The notes below the pieces were generated by a model. The model did not search any database and was not told the DNA's origin. It was given only the letters and a program-made list of their open reading frames with translations. Both the position numbers and the translations under genes were made by a program. A DNA stretch of 64,000 nt from positions 1 through 64,000 of the forward strand of contig MU053859.1 in NCBI GenBank assembly GCA_013239625.1, in the 5' to 3' direction. Positions 1-11,200 of this stretch are shown piece by piece. Origin of the DNA: Lama guanicoe. Taxonomy: Eukaryota. Numbering within the stretch: the first letter of the stretch is position 1; every line of letters begins with the position of its first letter.

Positions 1-1113
1 CATTGTTTAAAAAAAGAAGGCACAGGATAATGTGCATTATATGTTAACACTTACATAATAAAAATACAGACACCCATATGTGAACATACATATATATACA
101 TACCCAAATATATCTCATTATATATATATTCCTCTAACATTTACTGAGCCTGAGGTCAGAGAGTAAATTGAGGCTCACATATCCTGTGTTTAAATATTCA
201 CATGTATAGTTCAAGCCAACAGAATTTTCTATGTTCTGTCCTCCTATTTGTACAAATACAACCGAAGAACCACAAAATTGAAAAATATGTAAAAAGCATA
301 GGAGTGATGGAGGTGTGTGATTTCTAAAATTTTCCTTGAAGTGGGAAATAGAGACATACTTCATATATACAGGAAAAACAGAAGTTCAGTGTGCTGTTTA
401 AAATTGTAGACCATTGAATGCACACACATGTGTGGCTGTGGAATTGGATAAGGACAGGTGGGGTTGGTGTTTTCCTCAATTATTTTTATTGATAATCCTC
501 AGTTATCAACAAGAAATTTAACAGATAGTATTTATAAGGAATATAAGCTTCTTATTTATAGGTACTTTCAGAGCTATCAGAAAAACTACAAACAATAACT
601 TGACTTCATTCTTCATTTTTAAAAAATTTTGTTTTAGACACATTTTATTACATTGACTAATATTTTAAAACAAATCTTTAAAAAAAAGAAAACAAAACAA
701 ATGGCCAGTTTTTTAGATACCCTATAAGTTAATAGCAGTCTTTCCGTTGATGCATTTTGTATTGTAAAAGGTTGATACGGTGCTCTTCCAATATAAGCCT
801 GTCCCAGGTAGTTTGGCATCAGATTATTCATTAACCAATAATAAATACAGAGCAAATATCTGCAAAGTCAACCAAAAGAGCCACAAATAGCCTGAACATA
901 TTCAAAGTCTTCAGCAAATAGGGGTTATAGAAAAATGTGTGTGAATTACTGAAGAAAATAATGTAGCTATAAAGGAATGTGGATAAGAGCCTAACAGAGA
1001 TGTTGATTTTTAGTGCATGAAATACAAGCAGACAAACTAACTTTGGCTCCGGGACATGGAATCATCAGGCCAGATAAAAGGAAGCGAAAGCAGAAATTAA
1101 AAATTTTCTGTAC

Positions 1114-1230
1114 GGGGAGGGGATAGCTCAGTGGTAGAGTGTGTGCCTAGCATGCACGAAGTCCTGGGTTCAATCCCCAGTACCTCCATTGAAAAAAGGA
1201 AATAAACCTAATTACCCCTCCCCCACAAAA
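1114..1230 (+). mobile_element. tRNA-derived SINE (camelid Vic-1-like)
   Basis: Pol III A box tagctcagtgg and B box ggttcaatccc, A-rich body and tail. Confidence 0.85.
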
Positions 1231-2430
1231 TTCCTATAACTGTATCTTCTTTCCTGCGTCTTTACACTGCTGTGTCTCCAAACTGCAGGCTCTGAGTCTT
1301 ACCTCTCACTTACTATTCATGCACAAACACACACGCTCACACCCATGAACACGTGCATGTGCATGCACTCACATAGAGAAGCCTGAGTTCTCTGAAAGGG
1401 TTTCTGGCTGTTCCTCACATTACATTCGCAAATCTATATGCTGTTTTCCTGCTTATGTACTTTCCCCAGGTTTTTTTTTTTAGAGAGTAAAAGCAGAAAT
1501 CTATGCTGAACTGCTATTTTCTCAAGTCACTAAGGAACTTCTTCAAGGATCAATTATTAATGGAATGACTCATTTCTCATCTGAGGAAGTCTCCCTGATA
1601 TCACTGAAAAATAACAAAGTGATAAATTTGTGTGTTAAAACTGTTAAGAGATATGAAGTATAAAGAAGGAGTCTCAGAAACAATGAAGAAGAAGGGGTTG
1701 GAGTACCCTTAGCAGTAATAGAAGAAAAAAGATCAGTATTTAAGAAAATACGACTCCCAAATTTGAAAAAGCATACACATTGCTGAGCAAGAAAAATTTA
1801 AAAGATTTCATAATTCGATCATTTATACTAAACGTCAAAACATCAAGAATAAAGAGAAAATTCTGGAAGCCTTCAAAGGGCAGGAAAACAAAACGAACTT
1901 TAAGAGAATGAAAATCTTTCTCTCGACGGTGTCTTATCATCTGCAGTAACTGCATGTAAAGACAACAGTGCAATATCAGGTTTATAAAGGAGACAGTGTT
2001 TTAAATTCAAGTTGTTAATTGCCTATTATTCAGATGTTAGAGAAAATTTTTCAGATGTAGTGATTTAATCACTACTCACAGAATTGTACAAATAAATTCA
2101 AACCAGAATGCAAGTGGGACATAAGAACTGGTAGAGAGCAGTCCTAGCAAACTAAAACATGATGCGTTTACAAACTTACATAAAAGGAAGTAAACAGATT
2201 TTTAAAAAATCTCTCTCTCTTTCTTTCTCTCTCTCTATATGTATATAGTTCCAAAATATAATGAGGAAAAAGAAATCATTAAAATAAATATTACAGAAGT
2301 GGAAATAGTAAAGCAGAGTAAATCTCCCTTTCTTTCAATGAACAATTCTTGTACATCTTGCTCTGAAAAATAGCATAAAAAGAGAAATCTGCCCAGTTCT
2401 TTTTAATAAGCTAGTGTAAGTTTGATTTTT

Positions 2431-2594
2431 TAAATTTTTTTTTAATTTTTGAGGCAGGGTAATGGTTTATTTAATATATTTAGTAATTTGTTTATTTAAG
2501 ATATTTATTTATTTTAATAGAGGTACTAGGGATTGAACTCAGGACCTCACTCATGCTAAACATGCATTCCACCACTGAGCTATACCCTACCCCC
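2431..2594 (-). mobile_element. tRNA-derived SINE (duplicated copy at about 4711-4877)
   Basis: Reverse A/B boxes (ccactgagctata, gggattgaac); flanking near-TSD tgtaa[g/a]tttgattt. Confidence 0.8.
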
Positions 2595-3199
2595 TCTGTA
2601 AATTTGATTTCAAAACAAGCTAAGAACAAGACAGGAATAGACAACTTCTCTTATGAAATTGGAAGTAGAAATTCCAATAAAATATCAGTTAATTAAATAT
2701 AACAATATAGTTAAAAATTCGCATTTAAGTGGATTTATCCTGGATATGCTTTGATATAACAAAATCAGTTAGGGTAGGCTACCTGATTAACAAACTTAAA
2801 AAATAAAACCCCTTGATTTTTCAATAAATACATACACAGAGCACTGATAACATTCACTGTCTATGTAAGATAAATCCTCTTAGGAAACTAGGACTTAGAG
2901 AGTACCTCTTTAATTACTAATATGTTAATTTTTAATTGAAATATAATTGGAGTACAGTATTATATAAGTTATAGGTGTACAATATAGAGAGTCACAATTT
3001 CTAAAGATTATAATCCATCTATAGTTATCGTAAAATGTTGGCTATATTCCCTGTGCTGAACAATATACCCTTAGACGTTATTTCATGTATATTAATTTGT
3101 ATGTCTTGATCTCCTATATTGCTCCCTCTCCCCTCTCCCCACTGGTAAACCACTAGTTTGTTCTCTACATTTCTCAGTCTGCTTTTTTTGTGGTAGTTT

Positions 3200-4052
3200 N
3201 NNNNNNNNNNNNNNNNNNNNNNNNNNNNNNNNNNNNNNNNNNNNNNNNNNNNNNNNNNNNNNNNNNNNNNNNNNNNNNNNNNNNNNNNNNNNNNNNNNNN
3301 NNNNNNNNNNNNNNNNNNNNNNNNNNNNNNNNNNNNNNNNNNNNNNNNNNNNNNNNNNNNNNNNNNNNNNNNNNNNNNNNNNNNNNNNNNNNNNNNNNNN
3401 NNNNNNNNNNNNNNNNNNNNNNNNNNNNNNNNNNNNNNNNNNNNNNNNNNNNNNNNNNNNNNNNNNNNNNNNNNNNNNNNNNNNNNNNNNNNNNNNNNNN
3501 NNNNNNNNNNNNNNNNNNNNNNNNNNNNNNNNNNNNNNNNNNNNNNNNNNNNNNNNNNNNNNNNNNNNNNNNNNNNNNNNNNNNNNNNNNNNNNNNNNNN
3601 NNNNNNNNNNNNNNNNNNNNNNNNNNNNNNNNNNNNNNNNNNNNNNNNNNNNNNNNNNNNNNNNNNNNNNNNNNNNNNNNNNNNNNNNNNNNNNNNNNNN
3701 NNNNNNNNNNNNNNNNNNNNNNNNNNNNNNNNNNNNNNNNNNNNNNNNNNNNNNNNNNNNNNNNNNNNNNNNNNNNNNNNNNNNNNNNNNNNNNNNNNNN
3801 NNNNNNNNNNNNNNNNNNNNNNNNNNNNNNNNNNNNNNNNNNNNNNNNNNNNNNNNNNNNNNNNNNNNNNNNNNNNNNNNNNNNNNNNNNNNNNNNNNNN
3901 NNNNNNNNNNNNNNNNNNNNNNNNNNNNNNNNNNNNNNNNNNNNNNNNNNNNNNNNNNNNNNNNNNNNNNNNNNNNNNNNNNNNNNNNNNNNNNNNNNNN
4001 NNNNNNNNNNNNNNNNNNNNNNNNNNNNNNNNNNNNNNNNNNNNNNNNNNNN
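3200..4052. other. Assembly gap (853 N)
   Basis: Run of N. Confidence 1.
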
Positions 4053-5211
4053 AAAAAGCATATGCTGAGCAAGAAAAATTTAAAAGATTTCATAATTCGA
4101 TCATTTATACTAAACGTCAAAACATCAAGAATAAAGAGAAAATTCTGGAAGCCTTCAAAGGGCAGGAAAACAAAACGAACTTTAAGAGAATGAAAATCTT
4201 TCTCTCGACGGTGTCTTATCATCTGCAGTAACTGCATGTAAAGACAACAGTGCAATATCAGGTTTATAAAGGAGACAGTGTTTTAAATTCAAGTTGTTAA
4301 TTGCCTATTATTCAGATGTTAGAGAAAATTTTTCAGATGTAGTGATTTAATCACTACTCACAGAATTGTACAAATAAATTCAAACCAGAATGCAAGTGGG
4401 ACATAAGAACTGGTAGAGAGCAGTCCTAGCAAACTAAAACATGATGCGTTTACAAACTTACATAAAAGGAAGTAAACAGATTTTTAAAAAATCTCTCTCT
4501 CTTTCTTTCTCTCTCTCTATATGTATATAGTTCCAAAATATAATGAGGAAAAAGAAATCATTAAAATAAATATTACAGAAGTGGAAATAGTAAAGCAGAG
4601 TAAATCTCCCTTTCTTTCAATGAACAATTCTTGTACATCTTGCTCTGAAAAATAGCATAAAAAGAGAAATCTGCCCAGTTCTTTTTAATAAGCTAGTGTA
4701 AGTTTGATTTTTAAAAATTTTTTTTTAATTTTTGAGGCAGGGTAATGGTTTATTTAATATATTTAATAATTTTTTTATTTAAGATATTTATTTATTTTAA
4801 TAGAGGTACTAGGGATTGAACTCAGGACCTCACTCATGCTAAACATGCATTCCACCACTGAGCTATACCCTCCCCCCTCTGTAAATTTGATTTCAAAACA
4901 AGCTAAGAACAAGACAGGAATAGACAACTTCTCTTATGAAATTGGAAGTAGAAATTCCAATAAAATATCAGTTAATTAAATATAACAATATAGTTAAAAA
5001 TTCGCATTTAAGTGGATTTATCCTGGATATGCTTTGATATAACAAAATCAGTTAGGGTAGGCTACCTGATTAACAAACTTAAAAAATAAAACCTCTTGAT
5101 TTTTCAATAAATACATACACAGAGCACTGATAACATTCACTGTCTATGTAAGATAAATCCTCTTAGGAAACTAGGACTTAGAGAGTACCTCTTTAATTAC
5201 TAATATGTTAA

Positions 5212-6720
5212 TTTTTAATTGAGATATAATTGGAGTACAGTATTATATAAGTTATAGGTGTACAATATAGAGAGTCACAATTTCTAAAGATTATAATCCA
5301 TCTATAGTTATCGTAAAATGTTGGCTATATTCCCTGTGCTGAACAATATACCCTTAGACGTTATTTCATGTATATTAATTTGTATGTCTTGATCTCCTAT
5401 ATTGCTCCCTCTCCCCTCTCCCCACTGGTAAACCACTAGTTTGTTCTCTACATTTCTCAGTCTGCTTTTTTTGTGGTAGTTTGCAGAAGACTCTGAGGTT
5501 ACTGCAACCACCAGTAGGTGAAGCCAGGTCCAGGGGTTAGTGCCGGCCTACCGGCAGGCAGAGCCAGGTTCTGGGCTCTGGTTTCAGGGCCCAGGTATCC
5601 CGGAGCTGGTGTTAGATTTCTGGGGCAGGTAGGGGGTTGGGAGTTGCCAGTTCCTGTTACAATTGTGTACATGGTCCAGCGTGTCTTGAAACTTGTCCTG
5701 GCCTCCTAGTGGGCAGGGCTGGGGCCCAGCTGGTCCCAAGGCAAAGCCGGGCCTGCTGTGGGCAGGTGGGGTCAGCAGGCTATGGCACTGTGGTTTTCTT
5801 GCCTCTGGTGTCTGCCCACTGGTGGATGAGGCTGGTCCAGAGTCTGGAGTGGGCTCCCTGGAGGGCAAAGTCAGGGCCCTGAGAATTCTGGAACGGGCGT
5901 CTGCCCACTGGCGGCTGTAATGGGTCTGGGCCCTTTGGTGGGAGGGACCAGCCATCTCCTGTGGCTGCTTTGGGCTCAGGAGACTTGAGGCAACCTGTCT
6001 GCCAGTGGGTGGGGCTATGTCCCTACCCAGTTGGGTGCTCGGCTTGAGGTGTTCTAGCGCAGGCGTCCTGCGGGCAGGCCTTGACGCTGATGCACTGGAG
6101 GGCGGACCGCAGAACGGCACATTCCAGCTCCGCCAGCATGGAAGAGCCTGTCCAAAATGTCTACCTCCAAAGTCCACGTAAGCAGGACGAGCCACAGCTG
6201 CCCCGCGTCTCTCCAGGACACACTCCACGACCACCAGGTAAGTCTGGCCCAGGCTCTGACCAAATGACTGCTTTCGCCCTGGGTCCTGAAGTGGGTAAGA
6301 TTTTGTGTGTGCCCTTTAAGAGTGAAGTCTCTATTTCCCCAAGTCCTTTCAGAATCCCCAAATTAGGCCCCGGTGGCCTTCAAAGCCGAGTGTTCTGTGG
6401 GCTTGTCTTCCTGGCCCAGGACCCCCGGGCTGGGGAGCCGGATGGAGGGCTCAAAACCCTCACGCTGCAGTACAATTATTCTCCAGGTTGCGGGTCGCCC
6501 CTCCCAGAGTATGGGACTTGGCTATACTGCGGGTCCAGCCCTCCCTCCTACTTGTCTCTTTGCGGTTCCTTCTGCATGTCTTTAGCTGTAGAAGATCTTT
6601 TCCAGTAGCTTCTGATCTTTTTCACTGATGGTTGTTCTGCAAATAGTCGTGGTTTCAGTGTGCTTGTGAGAGGAGGTGAGCTCACGGTCTTTCTACTCCC
6701 GTCATCCTGGCCGATCTCCC
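5212..6720 (-). mobile_element. LINE-1-derived element: GC-rich 5'UTR joined to L1 3'UTR
   Basis: Minus strand begins gggagatcggccaggatgacgggagtagaaagaccgtgagctcacctcctc (L1 5'-end-like) and ends with typical L1 3'UTR (agagaacaaactagtgg...cagcacagggaatatagcc...caattaaaaa). Confidence 0.7.
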
Positions 6721-6991
6721 TGTTGTATGTTAAATTTATACAGCATTTTTTATGATGCTTAATAATGAAATTTTATAGATTCCTCTTAAAATCAAAAACA
6801 AGCAAAAGACGCTCACTCATTGGTACTCTTGAACGCAGCAGAGCCCTAGCCTTTAAACAGTGATACAAGGAAACCAAAGGAAATAAAATCGATTCTGTTC
6901 GTATTTCTTTTTATATAATCAAATTGTCTGAAAACACTGCAGACAGATCTCTTCCATTGGAATCCCTTCCCTTTTATTGTGATCATGAAAC

Positions 6992-7414
6992 TGAAGGAAA
7001 TTAGAATATGTCACCTCAAAATATGCCTTTTTGACATAGGAATTATATTGAGTTGAAGGCACTCAGGGAACAGTGAACGGCAGGAAAATCTCTCCCTGCC
7101 ACTTCCGCCCAAAAAGACAGGATACAAATTCTCCCTTTTACTTCTGTTGGTTTCCGCCCACGGAGTTGCCTTCCCACAGCTGACGGCCCTTGGAAGCCTA
7201 AAACTGCTTCCTTTGTCCGGTCCTGTTCTTTGTAGGAGATGCCACACTAGCTGGAATTCTACCTACCTACCACTTTGAATTCCTCTTTGTGGAGGTTTCT
7301 TCCGCGCGGTGTGACCACAGGCACTAGGAAACTGTTACTAATCTGTTCGTTCAAGAGCCCCAGCTGAAAACCCAGGTTGGGTAGAGTTAAAATTTTGCCT
7401 CCCCTCCCCCTACA
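6992..7414 (+). mobile_element. Solo LTR, ERV1-class (MER34-like)
   Basis: TG...CA termini with exact 4-bp TSD aaac. Confidence 0.75.
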
Positions 7415-8188
7415 AAACCAAAAAACCTCCTGGTTTTCCATTCACTGGGTCTGCTCTACACCTCTGAACAGAGGCGGAGTACAAATGATATCTTTTGATT
7501 TTTTTCTTTCTTTCTTTAAGTCCTTTTTTTTTCTGACATAAAATGTGTGTGTGTGAACCGTCCTCCCAGACTGTTTCTTCATCTGCTAATAATGTGTCAG
7601 ACAGGGGTATCTTAATCATGGATGGAGTTATTACTGTTCCTAATGCCCTAACATCTCCATGAGTGCTGACAGCCTCTCCTTTCTAGTTCATTCTGCTCAG
7701 CGCAAATTAATGCTTTTATCTTGACATTTCCTAGCTCAAATACATTAAAATTCTCTCTGATGATATAGAAAACAATTGATCTGATATTTAAATTCTTCTG
7801 TCATAAAACCTCACGACTTTCTTCTCATTTTATCTTTGATGTATTGGTTTATACATCTGTTACAGCCACTTGTCTCCTCATAGCCCTTTGTACCTCCTTG
7901 ATTTCAACCCCCCGTTAACATTATTTCTGCCTTTTGAGATAACCTTCCTTTTCTTCCCTCCTTCCACCAAGTCTAAGTGACCTCCCTACCCCTCCACTGC
8001 ACATCTGAACGGCTGTAGCAATCAATGGCAAGTACCTTCTTTGTATTTTGTAATATCCTTTATTACTTTAAGCTACAGAAGCTTTTAATAAGTTTCTTGA
8101 TTGATTATTATAGGAGAGGAATAAATGAGTAAGTTTCCGGTTGGGGTTTCTCTGGAAATTTGACCGTAAGTATTTATTTATTTTGCAG

Positions 8189-8252
8189 TTTGCAAGTTGA
8201 TATGCTGTGTGTGTGTGTGCTCTGAGTATTACAGTGGTCATTCTTCTAACAG
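8189..8252 (+). CDS. CLEC2A: CLEC2A putative transmembrane exon (64 nt, out of frame)
   Basis: ttttgcag acceptor, ag|gtgagc donor; 5' part reads CKLICCVCV in phase 1, 3' part reads ALSITVVILLT in the frame joining exon 3; frames differ across (TG)7 at 8206-8219. Confidence 0.6.
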
Positions 8253-11200
8253 GTGAGCGGCTTAACTTATAAACTTTTTCCGGTTCTTCATGGCCAGCAG
8301 ATCTAAATATTTGTATCTCAGTCTCAATTCTGAATGCCTCAGTTCTGAGGTAGTAAAGGGGTTTGTAGAGACTTGTCCTTGTATCCTACCAGTTGGGCAG
8401 CTTTCACTATACTCTTTGCTTCTATTAAAATACTCTCGGAATTCAGTCATGACTTTATAGGATGTCTTGATCTTCGACAAACTTTTTCCGGTTCTTCATG
8501 GCCAACAGATCTAAATATCTGTATCTCAGTCTCAATTCTGAATGCCTCAGTTCTCAGGTAATAAAGGGGTTTGTAGAGACTTGTCCTTGTATCCTACTAG
8601 TTTGGCAGCTTTCACTATACTCTGCTTCTATTAAAAATACTCTCGGAATTCAGTCATGACTTTATAGGATGTCTTGATCTTCGACTAAAATAGTCGTAAA
8701 TTCTCAGATGACCAGCGGATAGCAAGAGCAATAGCTATTTTTTAAAATTTGGGAGTATTTTGTGTGAGTTAAAGAGCTCATGTTAAAGAACGCTATGCTT
8801 TATTATTTGTGTTTAATTCTCACAAGATATGAAACAGATATAGTTACAAAATTCATTTACAGTCAAAGAAATAGAGGCCAGAGTGAATCAGTTGCCTCAC
8901 AAAAAAGAAATTCCAGAGCCAGACCTGAGACTTGTCTGCTAAGTTTCTGTTTCTCTAATTCCTGATATTTTAACCACTGTGCAACACTGCTTCTATAATT
9001 GCAATATTTTTTAAGTTTCTTTTGGATCAAGAGTAAGTTATATTACTAAAAGTTGCTCTATGAAGGATTTGTTTTATCTCTATCACGTTATGTTAAAAGA
9101 AAAAAAGAGAAAGAAGGCCACAAGTGATTGGTTGCAAGATTTCCTCTGTTGGAGTAGATTTGTAAAAATGAAGATGTTTTAATTCTCCTCCAGGCATTAT
9201 GGGTTTACATTTTGAAAAGAATTTAAAGATAGACTTTCATTTCTGAGCCACGGCCTCATAGTTCTCAGAACTTGATTTTCCATCTGCCTTTTTTGCTTGA
9301 TTTAGCTCTGAAGTTGGACTAACACTTAACACCCTGGATTCTTGTTTCCTTTGTCATTTGCAAGGGTTCTGAAATTCTTCCTGCTTGCAGCCTCTTCTGT
9401 CACTCTGGAGTTCTGGGAGCTCAATGCTGTGGATTATTTAGACATCTGGAAGTCAAATATTTATAGGAAGGGTTTCTCTAAGAAGTACTTACATTCATTC
9501 ATTAGTTGATTAGCTGAAAAACAAATGTTGAAGCACAATGTATTTCATTACCTGTTCGTGGTTGCCTGGATCCATTTCCGAGCATTACAGACAAGAAAAA
9601 GTGACGAGAGGCAGCTTTGGAGTTGGCCCTGCATATAAACATTGACTTGGTTCCTTGCTTGTTCTAATTCTTGCCTTTAAACATTTGGAAAGAAGGGACT
9701 TTATTCTGATTACTTAGCACCGAGCTAAAACCCTGAAACAGTAAATTCTCCAAGTAATATACATAGAAATAAATTCATCATTATTGCAGCTTCTTTGATA
9801 CTAAATATCTGTGAAGTAGAATGAATGTTTCACTGACTTGTATGTCAGTGACTTGTCATTTATGGTAAATTTCACTTTCCCAGCTTGGCTGTCCTATCCT
9901 ATCTTTGATCTTTTCAGTTCTTTGAGGTAAAAGTAAGCATTTATTTCTTACCCTGGTCCTCAAGAACTAATTTATATTCATGTTTCCAGATGTCTTCCTT
10001 GAATTCTAAATCTTACGCATTGGTTTTGGTAAGATGTCAATATAGATCATGAGAGGTTAGCAGTTCCATTTCTCAAAATAGAAGCCAGGAAAATAGAACA
10101 AAGTATAAACTGCTTGACCTCTAAATGGTCTTCCTTATGGACAGAGTAATTGAATTCATTCATCATTCCATGAGGGAAGCTAATTTTACAGGCCCCAAAT
10201 CAGGAAAGTAAAAAACTAAAATTGATCCACTAGGATCAGTAGAGAAATACTTTTTAACTGATTTTTCTTATTCAAGAACTGTTTTCAGTATTATTTACAA
10301 AATTTTCCAAATATCCCCAAGCTATGGAATGTCCAGAGAAATGGATTGGTGCAAGAGACAAGTGTTTCTATTTTTCGGATGATACCAGAAACTGGACAGC
10401 TAGTAGAAGGTTTTGCAGTTCACAAAGATCAGAATTTGCTCAGATTGATACACCAGAGGATATGGTAGGAAAAGGGGAATGTTTTCAATCATTTCAGAAC
10501 TTAAGTTTGTACAAAGAGAGAATAGAAATGATAAAAGCTAATACTCTTACGATAATGTTGGAGAGAAAAACAAAATATCCTTTACCCTTCTAGGATCTTC
10601 TGGCTGGTCTAAGGATTAAATTGACATGAGGCAGATTAACAGGAGAAAATCAAATTGAATTACATACATATCGGGGCTCCATGGGAAAATGAGACCCCAG
10701 GATGAGTTAGACAAAGGAGGCTTATATGTCACCTGAAGGAAAAGGAAGAGGGTAGGGGGTTTGGGATTTCAAAGAGGAAGAAAGCAATTCACATGGAGAT
10801 GGAAAGACAAATGTTTGCTATGCCAGACAGAGATGAGGGGACACGGAGAGGACTTTGGTGTCCAGGTCCAGCTGAGTTCCCCCACCGCACAGAGCTTTGT
10901 TCCCTGGTGGCAGTGCTCTTCCTGGCCCTGGCCCTTTGTCTAAGTGCTTTTAGGCAGTTAAGCAGGAAGTAAAAACAAAGACTTCTCCGCTCCTCTCTTT
11001 CCTAAATATAATCAGCCTAAAATAATCCTCATGCCAAAGAGACACATTTTGAGGTGACACACATTTTGCTCCCTTACAGTAACATACGCCACACAGTGTT
11101 TTAGGCACTGTAACGTGCCTAACTCCGGTAATCTTCAACCAATGTCTATGAAGTCGACATTTAAATGTCCTTGTTTTAAAGATAAGGAAAGTGAAACAGA

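Larger units (their letters stand above)
1765..5482 (+). repeat. About 1.43-kb near-identical direct duplication (1765-3199 and 4053-5482) flanking an assembly gap
   Basis: Copies align throughout with only a handful of substitutions and small indels. Confidence 0.9.

Noticed and set aside
418..463. ATG...acag|gtgggg as CLEC2A exon 1
   Set aside because: Phase-compatible, but weak donor and no recognisable similarity; unsupported
1114..1190. tRNA-like sequence
   Set aside because: SINE head: multiple diverged copies with A-rich tails and TSDs
3092..4255. Long ORFs of 292-387 aa in the ORF track
   Set aside because: Artefacts of translating the N gap
5518..6608. GC-rich ORFs of up to 216 aa
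   Set aside because: Lie in an L1 5'UTR-like segment; stop-poor because of GC content; no recognisable domain
8125..8171. ATG plus gtaagt donor as CLEC2A exon 1
   Set aside because: In-frame TGA at 8161 and an implied intron of only 23 nt
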